From: an uncultured Dehalococcoidia bacterium
Lineage (GTDB): Bacteria; Chloroflexota; Dehalococcoidia; UBA6926
Assembly (NCBI GenBank): GCA_964653005.1
Contig: CAZZAN010000003.1
Span: 206,592 to 270,591 of the forward strand
Reading direction: 5' to 3'
Length of the DNA stretch: 64,000 bases
Shown here: piece by piece, positions 1 through 9,541 of the stretch
Layout: every line of letters begins with the position of its first letter
Numbering within the stretch: position 1 is the stretch's first letter
Notes under the pieces: model-generated
The model's database searches: none
What the model saw: the letters and a program-made list of their open reading frames with translations, nothing else
What the model was told of the DNA's origin: nothing
Made by a program: the position numbers and the translations under genes

Positions 1-235
1 GAGGAGCATCATGTGAGAGATGATGGCCGCGACGGACGACAACCAAAACAGGGTATAGTCGCCTGTCTGGAAGGATCGCAGCGGGCCACGGCTGAATAAA
101 GATTGCAACAAGAAGACCATCGCACCATCTACAATACGGCATCAAACTGTGGTTGACGGTTGGCAGGCGGCTAGGTACCGTCCCACGTGAGGGATAAATG
201 GGGAGCGGCTGCAAAGCCGAAAGGAGCAGATAGTC

Positions 236-1027
236 ATGACAGGTTCATCGGACGTTGTCCTGTACGAGAAGCGGAATCGCATTGCTTATGTGACGTTGAA
301 TCGACCGGAGGCGATGAACGCGCTGAACTCAGCAGTGGGCGCGCGCCTCTATGAAATCTGGAGCGATTTCCGCGACGATGACGACCTGCTCGTCGCCATT
401 CTCACCGGCGCGGGCGGCCGGGCATTCTCCGCCGGCGCAGACCTCAAGGAGGTGAGCGGCAGGCAGGCGGAGGGGAAGTCCCAGTTCGAGGAAAGAGGGC
501 CCGGATCGCGATTCATCCCGGATCTCAACGTCTGGAAGCCGATCATCTCAGCCATTGACGGGTATTGCGTTGCAGGCGGGCTTGAACTCGCCATGCAGAC
601 CGATATACGCATCGCGACGGAGAAGTCGCAGTTCGGCCTTCCCGAGCCGCGGTGGAGCATCATGCCCGCCTATGGCCTCCACCACATGATGCGCATGATC
701 CCAACGGGCAACGCCCTACGCATGATGCTCACCGGCAGCCGCATCAACACTGAAGTTGCCCTGCGCAACGGCCTGATCCAAGAGGTCTATCCGGATCGCG
801 ACGCGTTGATGGAGGCGGCTGAGGGCATCGCCGAGGAGGTCAAGCTATGCGCGCCGATGGCCGTGCAGGCGATCAAGCAGATTGCGTACGTGGGCCGCAG
901 TATGCCGCCGGAGTATTCGTACCGGTTCGCGCAGGAGCTGAGCGCCAAGGTTCTCGGCAGCGAGGACGCCGCGGTTGGGCCTGCCGCCTTTGCGGAGCGA
1001 CGCACCCCGGAGTGGAAGGGACGGTAG
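236..1027 (+). CDS. enoyl-CoA hydratase/isomerase (crotonase family)
   Basis: 263 aa. Crotonase motifs ILTGAGGRAFSAGADLKE and GYCVAGGLELAMQTDIRIA. AAAGGAG RBS 9 nt upstream of the ATG. Confidence 0.85.
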   Translation: MTGSSDVVLYEKRNRIAYVTLNRPEAMNALNSAVGARLYEIWSDFRDDDDLLVAILTGAGGRAFSAGADLKEVSGRQAEGKSQFEERGPGSRFIPDLNVWKPIISAIDGYCVAGGLELAMQTDIRIATEKSQFGLPEPRWSIMPAYGLHHMMRMIPTGNALRMMLTGSRINTEVALRNGLIQEVYPDRDALMEAAEGIAEEVKLCAPMAVQAIKQIAYVGRSMPPEYSYRFAQELSAKVLGSEDAAVGPAAFAERRTPEWKGR

Positions 1028-1029
1028 CT

Positions 1030-1160
1030 GCGACTGTCAGCCCTTCGACAAGCTCAGGGTGAGCGGGGGCAACGGAGTGAAGAATCTAAAGCCCTATATG
1101 CTCAGCAGACGAGTTCTTGGATTCTTCACTCCGCTGCGCTCCGTTCAGAATGACAGTTGG
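1030..1160. repeat. modular intergenic hairpin repeat (modules C and D)
   Basis: CCCTTCGACAAGCTCAGGGTGAGCGG followed by GTGAAGAATCT...GGATTCTTCAC...GCTGCGCTCCGTTCAGAATGACA. Confidence 0.8.
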
Positions 1161-1217
1161 TAGGAGCGCTCCTCTCGGAGTGACGGATGCGGGGGCTGCC
1201 TTTGCAGTAGCTTGCCT

Positions 1218-2531
1218 CTATGCAGTTCGCCGTGACGGGTGCGATTCCGGCAGTAGTATGCCGATGAGTCCCACCGTGACCGAGACGGGCAGCACGATGA
1301 ACAGCGCCGTTGCCAGTGAACCCGTCCCCTCCTGAAGCACGCCCGCAAGTACCGGGCCGATCGTGGAGCCGAGCGGCGTGATGGTCCTGATGAGGCCGAC
1401 GGCGACGGCCACCTCACGCGGTCTGAACTGCATGTCGAACGGCACCGTCATGATCATCGGCACGACGGAGGACGTCATCATTCCCTGGAGAACCAGGAAC
1501 GGCAGTAATGCCAGCGTCCACGAATCGGACGATAAGAAACTATCGGGCAGCCATGATATCAGTGGATTGTTAGGGCCCATAGACAGAATCGTCAGATACA
1601 GGACGGGCATGATAAAGCCCTGGGTGAAGATGAAGGGCTTTCGTCGTCGAATCCAATTCGATAACGGGCCAACGCTGAGAGACCCTATCGTGCCGCCGAT
1701 GGGGAAAGCCGAGAACAGCAAGCCCACCGTGATGAGCGATAGACCGTGTTCCTCCTGCGCAAAGGTTGGGAAGAACGTGACGAACGTCGCCCACGCCATC
1801 GCCCCACCGAATTGGGTTGAGGCAATGACAAATAGAATTGGATGCCGCTTGAGCACGCCCGCAGGGCCGACCGGGGTGCCATCGGCCCGCAGAGCGGTGG
1901 GAGGGGCGCCGGCAGAAGAATCCTGATACGGCCGCTCACGCCCGACGATGAACCAGATGATTGCGACGGCAGCGTAAACAACGGCGAGGATCAGATGAAT
2001 GCCACGCCACCCCCCAACGTGCGGCATGAGAATCGGCACGAGGCCGATTGCCGCCAGCTGGCCGATGCCGAAGCTCGCGACTGTTATTGAGTTCAGGGTG
2101 GCAATGCGCGGGCCGCTGAACCACTGCTGGATCAGCATGACCTCCGCCTGCGTCCTGGACACAAGCGCGTACATGAACATGAGCCTTGCTGCCAGCAGGA
2201 TCCAATAGTTCGGCGCGATGCCCTGCAGCACCGCCGTGACGGTCATGCCAATCAGGGCCAGCAGCGTCACAAGGCGCGGGCTGAACCTGGACATCCAGAT
2301 CGCCGACGGCAGGGAGAGGGTCGTCAGGGCGACAAAGAATGCCGAACCGAGGTATCCCTCTTGGACAGGGCTGATGTTGAATTCGTTACGGATTTCCGGC
2401 AGCGTCAGCCCGATCAAGAAGATCATCACCGTGGACGTGCCGTCGACCGCCCAGAGGGCGGACATGACAACCCATCCGGTGCGATTCCCGGTGGATGGCG
2501 TAGACAGCCCGGCGGCCGGTTGGCCGCTCAT
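1218..2531 (-). CDS. MFS family transporter
   Basis: 437 aa, about 12 predicted hydrophobic helices, MFS-like layout. Longest ORF on the strand. Confidence 0.7.
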   Translation of the reverse strand: MSGQPAAGLSTPSTGNRTGWVVMSALWAVDGTSTVMIFLIGLTLPEIRNEFNISPVQEGYLGSAFFVALTTLSLPSAIWMSRFSPRLVTLLALIGMTVTAVLQGIAPNYWILLAARLMFMYALVSRTQAEVMLIQQWFSGPRIATLNSITVASFGIGQLAAIGLVPILMPHVGGWRGIHLILAVVYAAVAIIWFIVGRERPYQDSSAGAPPTALRADGTPVGPAGVLKRHPILFVIASTQFGGAMAWATFVTFFPTFAQEEHGLSLITVGLLFSAFPIGGTIGSLSVGPLSNWIRRRKPFIFTQGFIMPVLYLTILSMGPNNPLISWLPDSFLSSDSWTLALLPFLVLQGMMTSSVVPMIMTVPFDMQFRPREVAVAVGLIRTITPLGSTIGPVLAGVLQEGTGSLATALFIVLPVSVTVGLIGILLPESHPSRRTA

Positions 2532-2538
2532 CGAAGAG

Positions 2539-2973
2539 TCACGCAGGCTTGAACTTCACCAGCGTCCACTCAGGTGTGATGTCGTCAAAGACGGCAGTAA
2601 CGCGCATGTTTACCTCAACATCGTGCGGCTCAATGCCGATGACGTTCGAGATCATGCGCGCGCCCTCATCAAGTTGGATGACCGCGTACACATAGGGCAC
2701 GTCCTCGTTGAATCGTGGATCATTGGGCTGGTAGACGATAGTAAAGGCGTGGACACGTCCGCGCCCAGAGACCGGAGCCCACTCAAGATCGTCGGACAGG
2801 CAGACAGGGCAGAGCTCGCGGGGGTAGAAGAAGAACCCGTCATGCGTGCGGCAACGCTGGATTACCAACTCGTGCCGCTTCGTCGCCTCCCAGAAGGGCT
2901 TGGTGAAATCGCCCAGCGTTGTGCCGTGCAGGCCGCCGGGGATTGGCAGGGGCTTTGTGTATTCGGTTGTCAT
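2539..2973 (-). CDS. Zn-ribbon / OB-fold protein (DUF35 family), partner of the thiolase-like protein
   Basis: 144 aa. C-x-...-C-P-x-C zinc ribbon (CRTHDGFFFYPRELCPVC) followed by an OB-fold-like region. Sits directly downstream of the thiolase-like gene, as DUF35 proteins usually do. Confidence 0.7.
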   Translation of the reverse strand: MTTEYTKPLPIPGGLHGTTLGDFTKPFWEATKRHELVIQRCRTHDGFFFYPRELCPVCLSDDLEWAPVSGRGRVHAFTIVYQPNDPRFNEDVPYVYAVIQLDEGARMISNVIGIEPHDVEVNMRVTAVFDDITPEWTLVKFKPA

Positions 2974-3086
2974 CGCTGTATCTCACTCAGACGCGAACGA
3001 GAACATCCCGCCGCGATACTCCGTTTCCTCTAGAGCGTGGCCTCGGACCCGAGGACCAAGGTGGCCATACTGGACACCGTGCCGCC

Positions 3087-4187
3087 TCAACCGTTCACCA
3101 AGCAGAGGTCGTTGCGCTCCACCTGCCGTACGCCCCCGCGTCCCATGATCTGCCGCGTCGCCTCGATTACATGGCGGAACCCACCGGCGTCGCCGGGCTG
3201 GCCACACGACAACTGGCCGCCGTCCGTATTGATCGGGAACTCACCCTTGTAGGTGGTGTCCGTCGATGCAAAGAACGGGCCGATGTCGCCCTTGGGCACG
3301 AGGCCCGCGTCTTCAAGGCAGACGGCGTGCAGGATGGTGTAGCAGTCGTAGAACTGAGCGAACTGGATGTCAGACGGTCCGTACCCGGCCATCCCAAGCG
3401 CGATGGGGGCCGAGCGGGTGACGACGGAGCGAGTCAGGCGCTCGCGCTGCCAACCCGAGAGTGGATCACATGCGATGCCCGCGCCCAGGATGTAGACCGG
3501 TTTGTTCTTCAGTGATTTGGCTCTCTCCGCCGACGTGAGGATGATGGCCGATCCACCGGCACATGGCATGACTGATTCCAACAGCCGGATGGGATAGTTG
3601 ATGTATCGCGAATTGAGCACGTCGTCGATGGTGATGGGCTGGCCGCGAAACACCGCGTTCTCATTTTCCAGCGCGTTGAAGCGCTGGTTCACGGAGATGT
3701 TGGCCAACTGCTCTTGCGTCGTGCCGTATTCGGCCATGTGGCGGGAATACATGAGGCCGTAACCCGTGTTGGCCGCCACGGCCGGTCCATACGGGTCTTC
3801 GAATTCGGTCCTCAGGCCCGGTGACGGAGGACTGCCCCACGGGCTGCCTGCCTGCCGCGCCTCAGACAATGTGACGAGAACAGTGGTGGCGAGCCCGGAA
3901 TAGATGGCCATTGCCGCGACGGACGTTGCCGTCGCCCCGCTCGCGCCCATCGTGCTGACGCCCGTTACGAAGTTGGGGTTGAGGCCCATGTATTCGCCGA
4001 TTGGCGCGGGATAGAAGCTGCCACCCTCGACGACAAGGCCATCGATTTCTTCCTTGCGGATGCCGGCGTCGGCCATGGCGTCTCGTGACGCCTCTGCCAT
4101 GAGTCCGAGGGCCGTGCGGCCCTCGTATGTACGCCGCGTCGGCATCTCCGCGAATCCCACAATTGCGGCGGCGCCTCGCATCGTCAT
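3087..4187 (-). CDS. thiolase-like protein (SCP-x / nonspecific lipid-transfer thiolase type)
   Basis: 366 aa with a thiolase fold. The N-terminus IVGFAEMP...GLVVEG is typical of the thiolase-like proteins that pair with DUF35. Confidence 0.75.
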   Translation of the reverse strand: MTMRGAAAIVGFAEMPTRRTYEGRTALGLMAEASRDAMADAGIRKEEIDGLVVEGGSFYPAPIGEYMGLNPNFVTGVSTMGASGATATSVAAMAIYSGLATTVLVTLSEARQAGSPWGSPPSPGLRTEFEDPYGPAVAANTGYGLMYSRHMAEYGTTQEQLANISVNQRFNALENENAVFRGQPITIDDVLNSRYINYPIRLLESVMPCAGGSAIILTSAERAKSLKNKPVYILGAGIACDPLSGWQRERLTRSVVTRSAPIALGMAGYGPSDIQFAQFYDCYTILHAVCLEDAGLVPKGDIGPFFASTDTTYKGEFPINTDGGQLSCGQPGDAGGFRHVIEATRQIMGRGGVRQVERNDLCLVNG

Positions 4188-4327
4188 GACTCACCCCCAA
4201 TCCACATGATATTCACCATGCGCGTTGATGAGACTAGAGTTTACACTACGAAGAGGGTTGGCGCGTACGGTTTGACCGGGGCGTCTCGGAACTTTCGCAC
4301 TACACAGGACACGGAGGATTCGACTGC

Positions 4328-4750
4328 ATGATCAAGTTGACGGATGAGATGCGCGAGCATGTGAACTCAGCCCTAGAGAAGGGTTATCCATGCATTATTT
4401 CCACCGCATCAAAGGACGGCGAGCCCGGCCTGGGCTTTCGAGGCAGTCTAATGATCTGGGATGACGAGCACATCGCGTGGTGGGAGCGGGGGCGGCGCAA
4501 CCAGATGGGCAACATGGAGGAGAATCCCAAGGCAGCCGTTGTCTTCCGCAACAATGAACTCAACATCGGATGGCGGTTCTACGGCGAGGTCACGTTCCAT
4601 CCAAAGGGCGATCCTCTCTGGGAGCAGGTGTGGGAGCGCGTGGTGGAGCCGGAGCAGGCGCGAGACCCCGAGAGAATCGGGACCGCCGTGTTGATGCGCG
4701 TTGACATCGTGCGAGGCATGATGCCGGAGGCCATCCAACAGCGAGAGTAA
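4328..4750 (+). CDS. pyridoxamine 5'-phosphate oxidase (PPOX)-family FMN/F420-binding protein
   Basis: 140 aa, split-barrel PPOX-like sequence (AAVVFRNNELNIGWRFYGEVTF). Confidence 0.5.
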   Translation: MIKLTDEMREHVNSALEKGYPCIISTASKDGEPGLGFRGSLMIWDDEHIAWWERGRRNQMGNMEENPKAAVVFRNNELNIGWRFYGEVTFHPKGDPLWEQVWERVVEPEQARDPERIGTAVLMRVDIVRGMMPEAIQQRE

Positions 4751-4861
4751 GCGCGGGACTGGCAGTCTTCTACTCCTCGCCACTTTGCCCTCTCACGGGT
4801 ACAAACACACGGCAAATCTTGCCGCTATCATTGAATAGGAATACGCGCGCGCCCGCGGTTT

Positions 4862-6595
4862 TTGCTCACTGGGGCGAGGAATATGACTCCGTCTGCCGAA
4901 TTCGTTGATCTGATACAAATTCTCGGTGTCGCCACTATCGCGGCCGTAGCGGCGACAGTGCTGCGTCAGCCAATCGTCGTTGCGTTCATTTTTGTAGGGC
5001 TCATCGTCGGCCCGGCCGGCATCGCCCTTGTGCCTGCAGATTCCGAGTTTGTGGACCTCTTTGGGCGGGTAGGCATTGCGCTGCTCCTCTTCGTGGTGGG
5101 CCTCAAACTTGATCCTGCGCTCATCCGCACAGCCGGATTCGTTGCCGTTGTCTCAGGCCTGGGACAGGTAATCATCACCACTGTCGTTGGATTCCTCATC
5201 ACCCTAGTCTTCGGCGTTGACCTCTTGGCAGCATTCTACATTTCCCTCGCGCTGACCTTCTCGAGCACCGTCATCATCGTCAAGGTTCTGTCAGACCGGC
5301 GGGAAATCGACTCTCTTCACGGCCGCATAGCGCTCGGCATCCTGATTGTCCAGGACATTGTCGTCATAGTCGCCCTTACCATCCTTTCCGGCCTTGCCGG
5401 CGCGGAAGGCTCCGAGGGGACGCTGGAGCAATTGGGCCTGAGCCTGCTTCGCGGTACCGCCCTACTCGTCGGCATGATTATCGTTGCGCGGTTCATCTTC
5501 CCCATAATTGAGCCGCGCCTCATAACCACGCCTGAAGTTCTTGTCCTAGGCGGCATCGCATGGGCTGTGCTCATGGCGGCAGGCGCAACGTGGGCCGGTT
5601 TCAGTCCGGAGATGGGCGCATTCGTGGCCGGAGTTGTGTTGGCAACCAAGAGGCCGCGACAACTGGTTGCCGCCCGTCTGACGACCGTGCGCGACTTTCT
5701 GCTCCTGTTCTTCTTCGTGAGCCTGGGCGTCCATCTACATCTCTCAGACTTGCAGAGTCAACTCCTTCCGGCCATTGGGCTGTCCCTGTTCGTGCTGGTT
5801 GGCAATCCGCTCATCGTGATGGCCATTGCCATCGCCATGGGATTCCGGGCACGCACCGGCCTCGTTGCAGGTATGGCGCTCGCGCAGATCAGTGAGTTCT
5901 CCTTCATCCTCATGGCGCTCGGTCTTGACCTGGGTCACGTGGACGAATCCCACCTCGCGCTCGTCACTCTTGTCGGCTTGATAACGTTCGCCGCATCCAC
6001 TTACATGATCACGTACGCCAACCAGATTTACCGGTTCCTGCAGCCCGTCATGAACAGGATTGAGCGCCCTGTCTCGCACAGGGAAGACGAGATTCTCGAC
6101 GAGGCCGATCAACCCGTTGAGGTCCTCGTCTTCGGAACGGGCAGGCTCGGAACGGTCATCCTGTCCCGGCTGCGCGAAATCGGTGTTGAGGCCATGGGAG
6201 TTGATTTCGATCCCGTCGCTGTGCGCCGCCTGCAAGATCTCGGGTTCCACATGAGGTTTGCCGACGTTGAAGCCCCGGAATTCCTACAGGGGCTCCCCTT
6301 GTCATCGGCGCGTATCGCCGTGTCAACCATTCGCGCTCCCGATATTGAGGTAGGACTGCTTGAAGCGCTGCGGGAAAACAACTTCAGTCGGCCCGTCCTG
6401 CTGACAAGCCAGTCCGCTGCAACGGCCCATCGACTGGAAGATCTTGGGGCGACGCTCGTGTTGCTCCCATTTGAAGCGGCGGGCGAGCGCGCATCAGAGA
6501 TGATTGAGGAAACGCTGCGAGATCCGACGTACCTGGAACGCGCCCGCTCCAGCCCACGCGCACCGGTAGAGGACGAAACCCTCGAAGAGGAATAG
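4862..6595 (+). CDS. CPA2 cation:proton antiporter (KefB-like) with C-terminal RCK/TrkA-N domain
   Basis: 577 aa. Polytopic membrane N-terminal half. C-terminal VLVFGTGRLGTVILSRLREIGVEAMGVDFD Rossmann (TrkA-N) motif. Confidence 0.8.
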   Translation: MLTGARNMTPSAEFVDLIQILGVATIAAVAATVLRQPIVVAFIFVGLIVGPAGIALVPADSEFVDLFGRVGIALLLFVVGLKLDPALIRTAGFVAVVSGLGQVIITTVVGFLITLVFGVDLLAAFYISLALTFSSTVIIVKVLSDRREIDSLHGRIALGILIVQDIVVIVALTILSGLAGAEGSEGTLEQLGLSLLRGTALLVGMIIVARFIFPIIEPRLITTPEVLVLGGIAWAVLMAAGATWAGFSPEMGAFVAGVVLATKRPRQLVAARLTTVRDFLLLFFFVSLGVHLHLSDLQSQLLPAIGLSLFVLVGNPLIVMAIAIAMGFRARTGLVAGMALAQISEFSFILMALGLDLGHVDESHLALVTLVGLITFAASTYMITYANQIYRFLQPVMNRIERPVSHREDEILDEADQPVEVLVFGTGRLGTVILSRLREIGVEAMGVDFDPVAVRRLQDLGFHMRFADVEAPEFLQGLPLSSARIAVSTIRAPDIEVGLLEALRENNFSRPVLLTSQSAATAHRLEDLGATLVLLPFEAAGERASEMIEETLRDPTYLERARSSPRAPVEDETLEEE

Positions 6596-6597
6596 AG

Positions 6598-7200
6598 CTA
6601 GTCGATGACGCCGATGCGGGGACGCAGCCCCCGCTCGCGGCGTGTCAGCCTAAATCCGGTCCGCGACTCCGTTCGCTCTCGTTGTTTCGGTGCGTCCGCC
6701 CAACCCTCATGCAGCAAGAGCCTCTCCTTGATGGCAAGTCCGCCGCCGAATCCGGTGAGGGCGCCGTCCGCGCCCACAACACGATGTCAAGGGACGACTA
6801 TTCCGAGCGGGTTGGAGCCAACGGCCTGCCCCACAGCGCGAGCCGCTTTTGGCCTGCCGATGGCGTGAGCCACATCGCCGTATGTCCACACGGCGCCGGC
6901 GGGAATCTCCATGAGGGTCTGCCAAACGGCACGTTGAAAATCCGTGCCGCCGTCCAGATCCAGCGGGCCGGAGAGGTCCATCGCCTCCCCGTTTGTGTAA
7001 CGTGAGAGGACATCCGCCCAGTGATTGAGAATCTCGCCGGCGGGATCGTCACTCAGCGGCGCAAGGATATCGGCGCGTTCCTGCTCGACAAGTTCCCGAT
7101 CGTCATGCGGCCCCAATACGGCTTTCAGGCCTTTTGGAGAGGCGACGAGGCCGAGGAATCCAAGCGGTGTTGAAATAACCCTGTAGCCGTCAGCTTGCAT
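6598..7200 (-). pseudogene. ogt: methylated-DNA-protein-cysteine methyltransferase (Ogt/MGMT) with an in-frame TGA at the catalytic Cys codon
   Basis: The tracked ORF 6787..7200 ends ...AVGQAVGSNPLGIVVP-TGA. The same frame then continues [29 protein letters not shown]... to a TAG at 6598-6600. The MGMT signature P-C-H-R-V is therefore P-TGA-H-R-V here. Start overlaps the TgpA stop. Confidence 0.7.
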
Positions 7201-9541
7201 CTGCAGTTCTCCTTCTCACTCGGGCGCGTCCCCGCGGCACCAGTCTCAAGAGTGTCAGCGCCAGCAGCCCAAAAACGATGGCGCGCCACGAGAACGGTCG
7301 GTCCGGCGGGGCGTCCTTATCAGGGCCGTACAGGACATGGTCGTACCATTGAACCACACCATAGAGCGCCCATGTTGCGCGAGGCCACGCGGCGGAGACG
7401 CGGCTAATATATTCCGCCGGTGTTTCGTCAGGCCTTGTCTTGATGCCAGCCAGCCGTCCGAGGCGGACGGTTTGCGCGTATGCCCTCCCCGCCGTGCGCG
7501 GCCGCGCCAGGGCCTGCCACCACAAGAATACGAGAGCTGCCAGAGCGGTGACGCCAAGCGCGGCGCCGGCCCCGTACCACACTCTTGGATCAATGCCTCC
7601 CACACCAGGGATCAGGCCGCCTCCAGTGATTTCAAATTCTTCGTCACCGAATTCGAAGAAAGTATCCTCTTGAAGCAGATCTGCCTCTTCAAATGCGAAT
7701 GCGCCAAGGTCACCGACGAGTTCGAGGCCAACGTCAGGAACAAGGGCGGAGAAAGTGCCCGTCGGGCCGCCGGGAGCGTCCGGCTCAACGTTCGGCGTCG
7801 GCTCGAACGGGATCCATCCGTATCCCGGGAAGTAGGCCTCTGCCCAAGAATGGAGATCGGATTCGCGGACAACAAACACGCCCAGCTCGTCGTTGTACTC
7901 GCCGGGCAGATAGCCGACCGCCATACGCGCCGGCACGCCCACGGCGCGCAACATGACGGTCATGGCGGACCCGAAGTATTCACTGTAGCCAGCCTGCTCA
8001 CCAAAGAGGAAATGCTCAAGGCCATCAGCACCGGGAGGAGGCGCGTTGATGTTCTTCGAGTATTCGAGCGTTCGCAAGTACTCACGAATCGTGATGGCCT
8101 TCAGGTACGGCGTATCGGCATTTCGGGCCAGTGATTCGGCCAGCAGCCGGACGCGCGGCGGGAGATTCTCCGGCAGCTGCAGATACCTCTCTTCCACCCA
8201 GCCTTCATATTGGGGCGTGAGGGTGCTGATATCCTCAACGGTCACCTGCGGGACATAGCTTTGAACGGTATATCGCTGGTTGGGTTGCAGGACATCCTGG
8301 CTCTCCAGCTTGACCAGTCGATGACCCTCGTCGACGTCAAGGTTGGTAAATTGGGCCTCGACGGGCAGCGTCGTGCGGAGCGGCGTGGCGGCAGTAAAGA
8401 CCGTACTCGCCGGGGCCTTGAGTTCAAAGGTCACATTCCTGACGCACTCGGCACAGCCGGTGTAGCTGCTCCCGGCGATGTCTTCCAGGCCACGTCGTTC
8501 AGCGATGACGAGCGGGCTGTTGCTCCAGCCCCAGCCCGCGTAACGGTCGTAGGTACGCGCACGCCAGTACAGCCGCTCATCACTCTCAACGTGCATCAAT
8601 ACATCCGTAGGAAGGTTGATATTGCCCCTGAACGGCAGCTCATCCGTGAAGCCGAAGAGGCCCATTGAGCGGCGGGCGGGCAGTGAGGCAAAGATGCGGG
8701 TGAACGTGCCTTCGGCGTCTCCGATGGGAGATCTAACTTCCGTCCACAGTGAACGGATGACTCGCGGGCCTGAGCCGAGCGACGGGGTCACGGTAACGAT
8801 GAGGAACACGATGAGCGCGAACCAGATGCCGGCGTGCATGACGTGGACTGGCAGCCATGATCCCTGCATGGTTGTCGTTTCATTCCATTTGCGGCGGCGC
8901 TCAAGATGCACGAGGCGGACGATGAGCAGCGCGGATGCCAACAGGAACGCCATGAAGAATGGCAGGGTGCTCGGCGGCAGGTATGTGAGGTTGGTGACGA
9001 TGGCAAATCCCGCCGGCAGGGTGGCCCAGATGTTTCGCAGAATGAGCGTTAGGTAGACCGTGAGATAGGCGACAGCCCATGCACCAAGCAGGAGGAGGAA
9101 TACGAAGGTCAGTCGATCCGTGCTTGCGCCACCTTCCAGGAGGGCCTGCGTCCACAGGCTTATGCGGTAGACGGCGCTGAGCGCCCTACCCTCAAGGCTG
9201 GCGGAGGTAACGACCGTGAGAGTTTGCGCGAACGACTGCGCCAGCGCGATGAACAGGGCCACCGCGTGTTGGGCCACGTAACTTCGGCGATGCCTCGCGT
9301 TGATCAAGCCCGCCGCGCCACCAACCAGAACAGCAAATGCCACACCCGGAATCACCGGCACCCAGTGGGCATCCTCGACACTCCAAACGACGGTGGCGGT
9401 GACCAAAAGCGCAAGAAAGACTGTCAGCCATCCCGTGTCCGGGTACGTCAGCAGGCGATGCCACGCGCGGGTCAGCCACTGCGGCATCGCGACGGGCTGG
9501 GTGGGCGGCATACGCTGCTCTGCCGTGCTCATGCTCCCCAC
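7190..9541 (-). CDS. transglutaminase-like membrane protein (TgpA family; DUF3488 / TGase core / DUF4129 architecture)
   Basis: 783 aa. Multi-TM N-terminus. TGase core GYSEYFGSAMTVMLRAVGVPARMAVGY...DLHSWAEAYFPGYGWIPFEPT. Third gene of the MoxR-DUF58-TgpA module. Nucleophile position is Ser, not Cys. Confidence 0.75.
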   Translation of the reverse strand: MGSMSTAEQRMPPTQPVAMPQWLTRAWHRLLTYPDTGWLTVFLALLVTATVVWSVEDAHWVPVIPGVAFAVLVGGAAGLINARHRRSYVAQHAVALFIALAQSFAQTLTVVTSASLEGRALSAVYRISLWTQALLEGGASTDRLTFVFLLLLGAWAVAYLTVYLTLILRNIWATLPAGFAIVTNLTYLPPSTLPFFMAFLLASALLIVRLVHLERRRKWNETTTMQGSWLPVHVMHAGIWFALIVFLIVTVTPSLGSGPRVIRSLWTEVRSPIGDAEGTFTRIFASLPARRSMGLFGFTDELPFRGNINLPTDVLMHVESDERLYWRARTYDRYAGWGWSNSPLVIAERRGLEDIAGSSYTGCAECVRNVTFELKAPASTVFTAATPLRTTLPVEAQFTNLDVDEGHRLVKLESQDVLQPNQRYTVQSYVPQVTVEDISTLTPQYEGWVEERYLQLPENLPPRVRLLAESLARNADTPYLKAITIREYLRTLEYSKNINAPPPGADGLEHFLFGEQAGYSEYFGSAMTVMLRAVGVPARMAVGYLPGEYNDELGVFVVRESDLHSWAEAYFPGYGWIPFEPTPNVEPDAPGGPTGTFSALVPDVGLELVGDLGAFAFEEADLLQEDTFFEFGDEEFEITGGGLIPGVGGIDPRVWYGAGAALGVTALAALVFLWWQALARPRTAGRAYAQTVRLGRLAGIKTRPDETPAEYISRVSAAWPRATWALYGVVQWYDHVLYGPDKDAPPDRPFSWRAIVFGLLALTLLRLVPRGRARVRRRTADAS

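Noticed and set aside
1-235. Possible 3' end of a minus-strand gene in the first 235 nt
   Set aside because: The fragment is too short to assign and has no tracked ORF. I left it unannotated.
349-663. Hundreds of 60-200-aa ORFs overlapping or antisense to the long genes (for example 349..663, 5317..5649, 8210..8668, 19421..19741, 46345..47199, 51300..51719)
   Set aside because: These are typical shadow ORFs of about 65% GC DNA (Arg/Pro/Ala/Ser-rich, with no domain-like patterns). They are always nested in or opposite a gene with clear homology-type motifs.
6605-7005. Plus-strand ORFs 6605..6868 and 6682..7005 opposite the ogt locus
   Set aside because: They are out-of-frame antisense shadows of the ogt reading frame, which has clear MGMT motifs on the minus strand.
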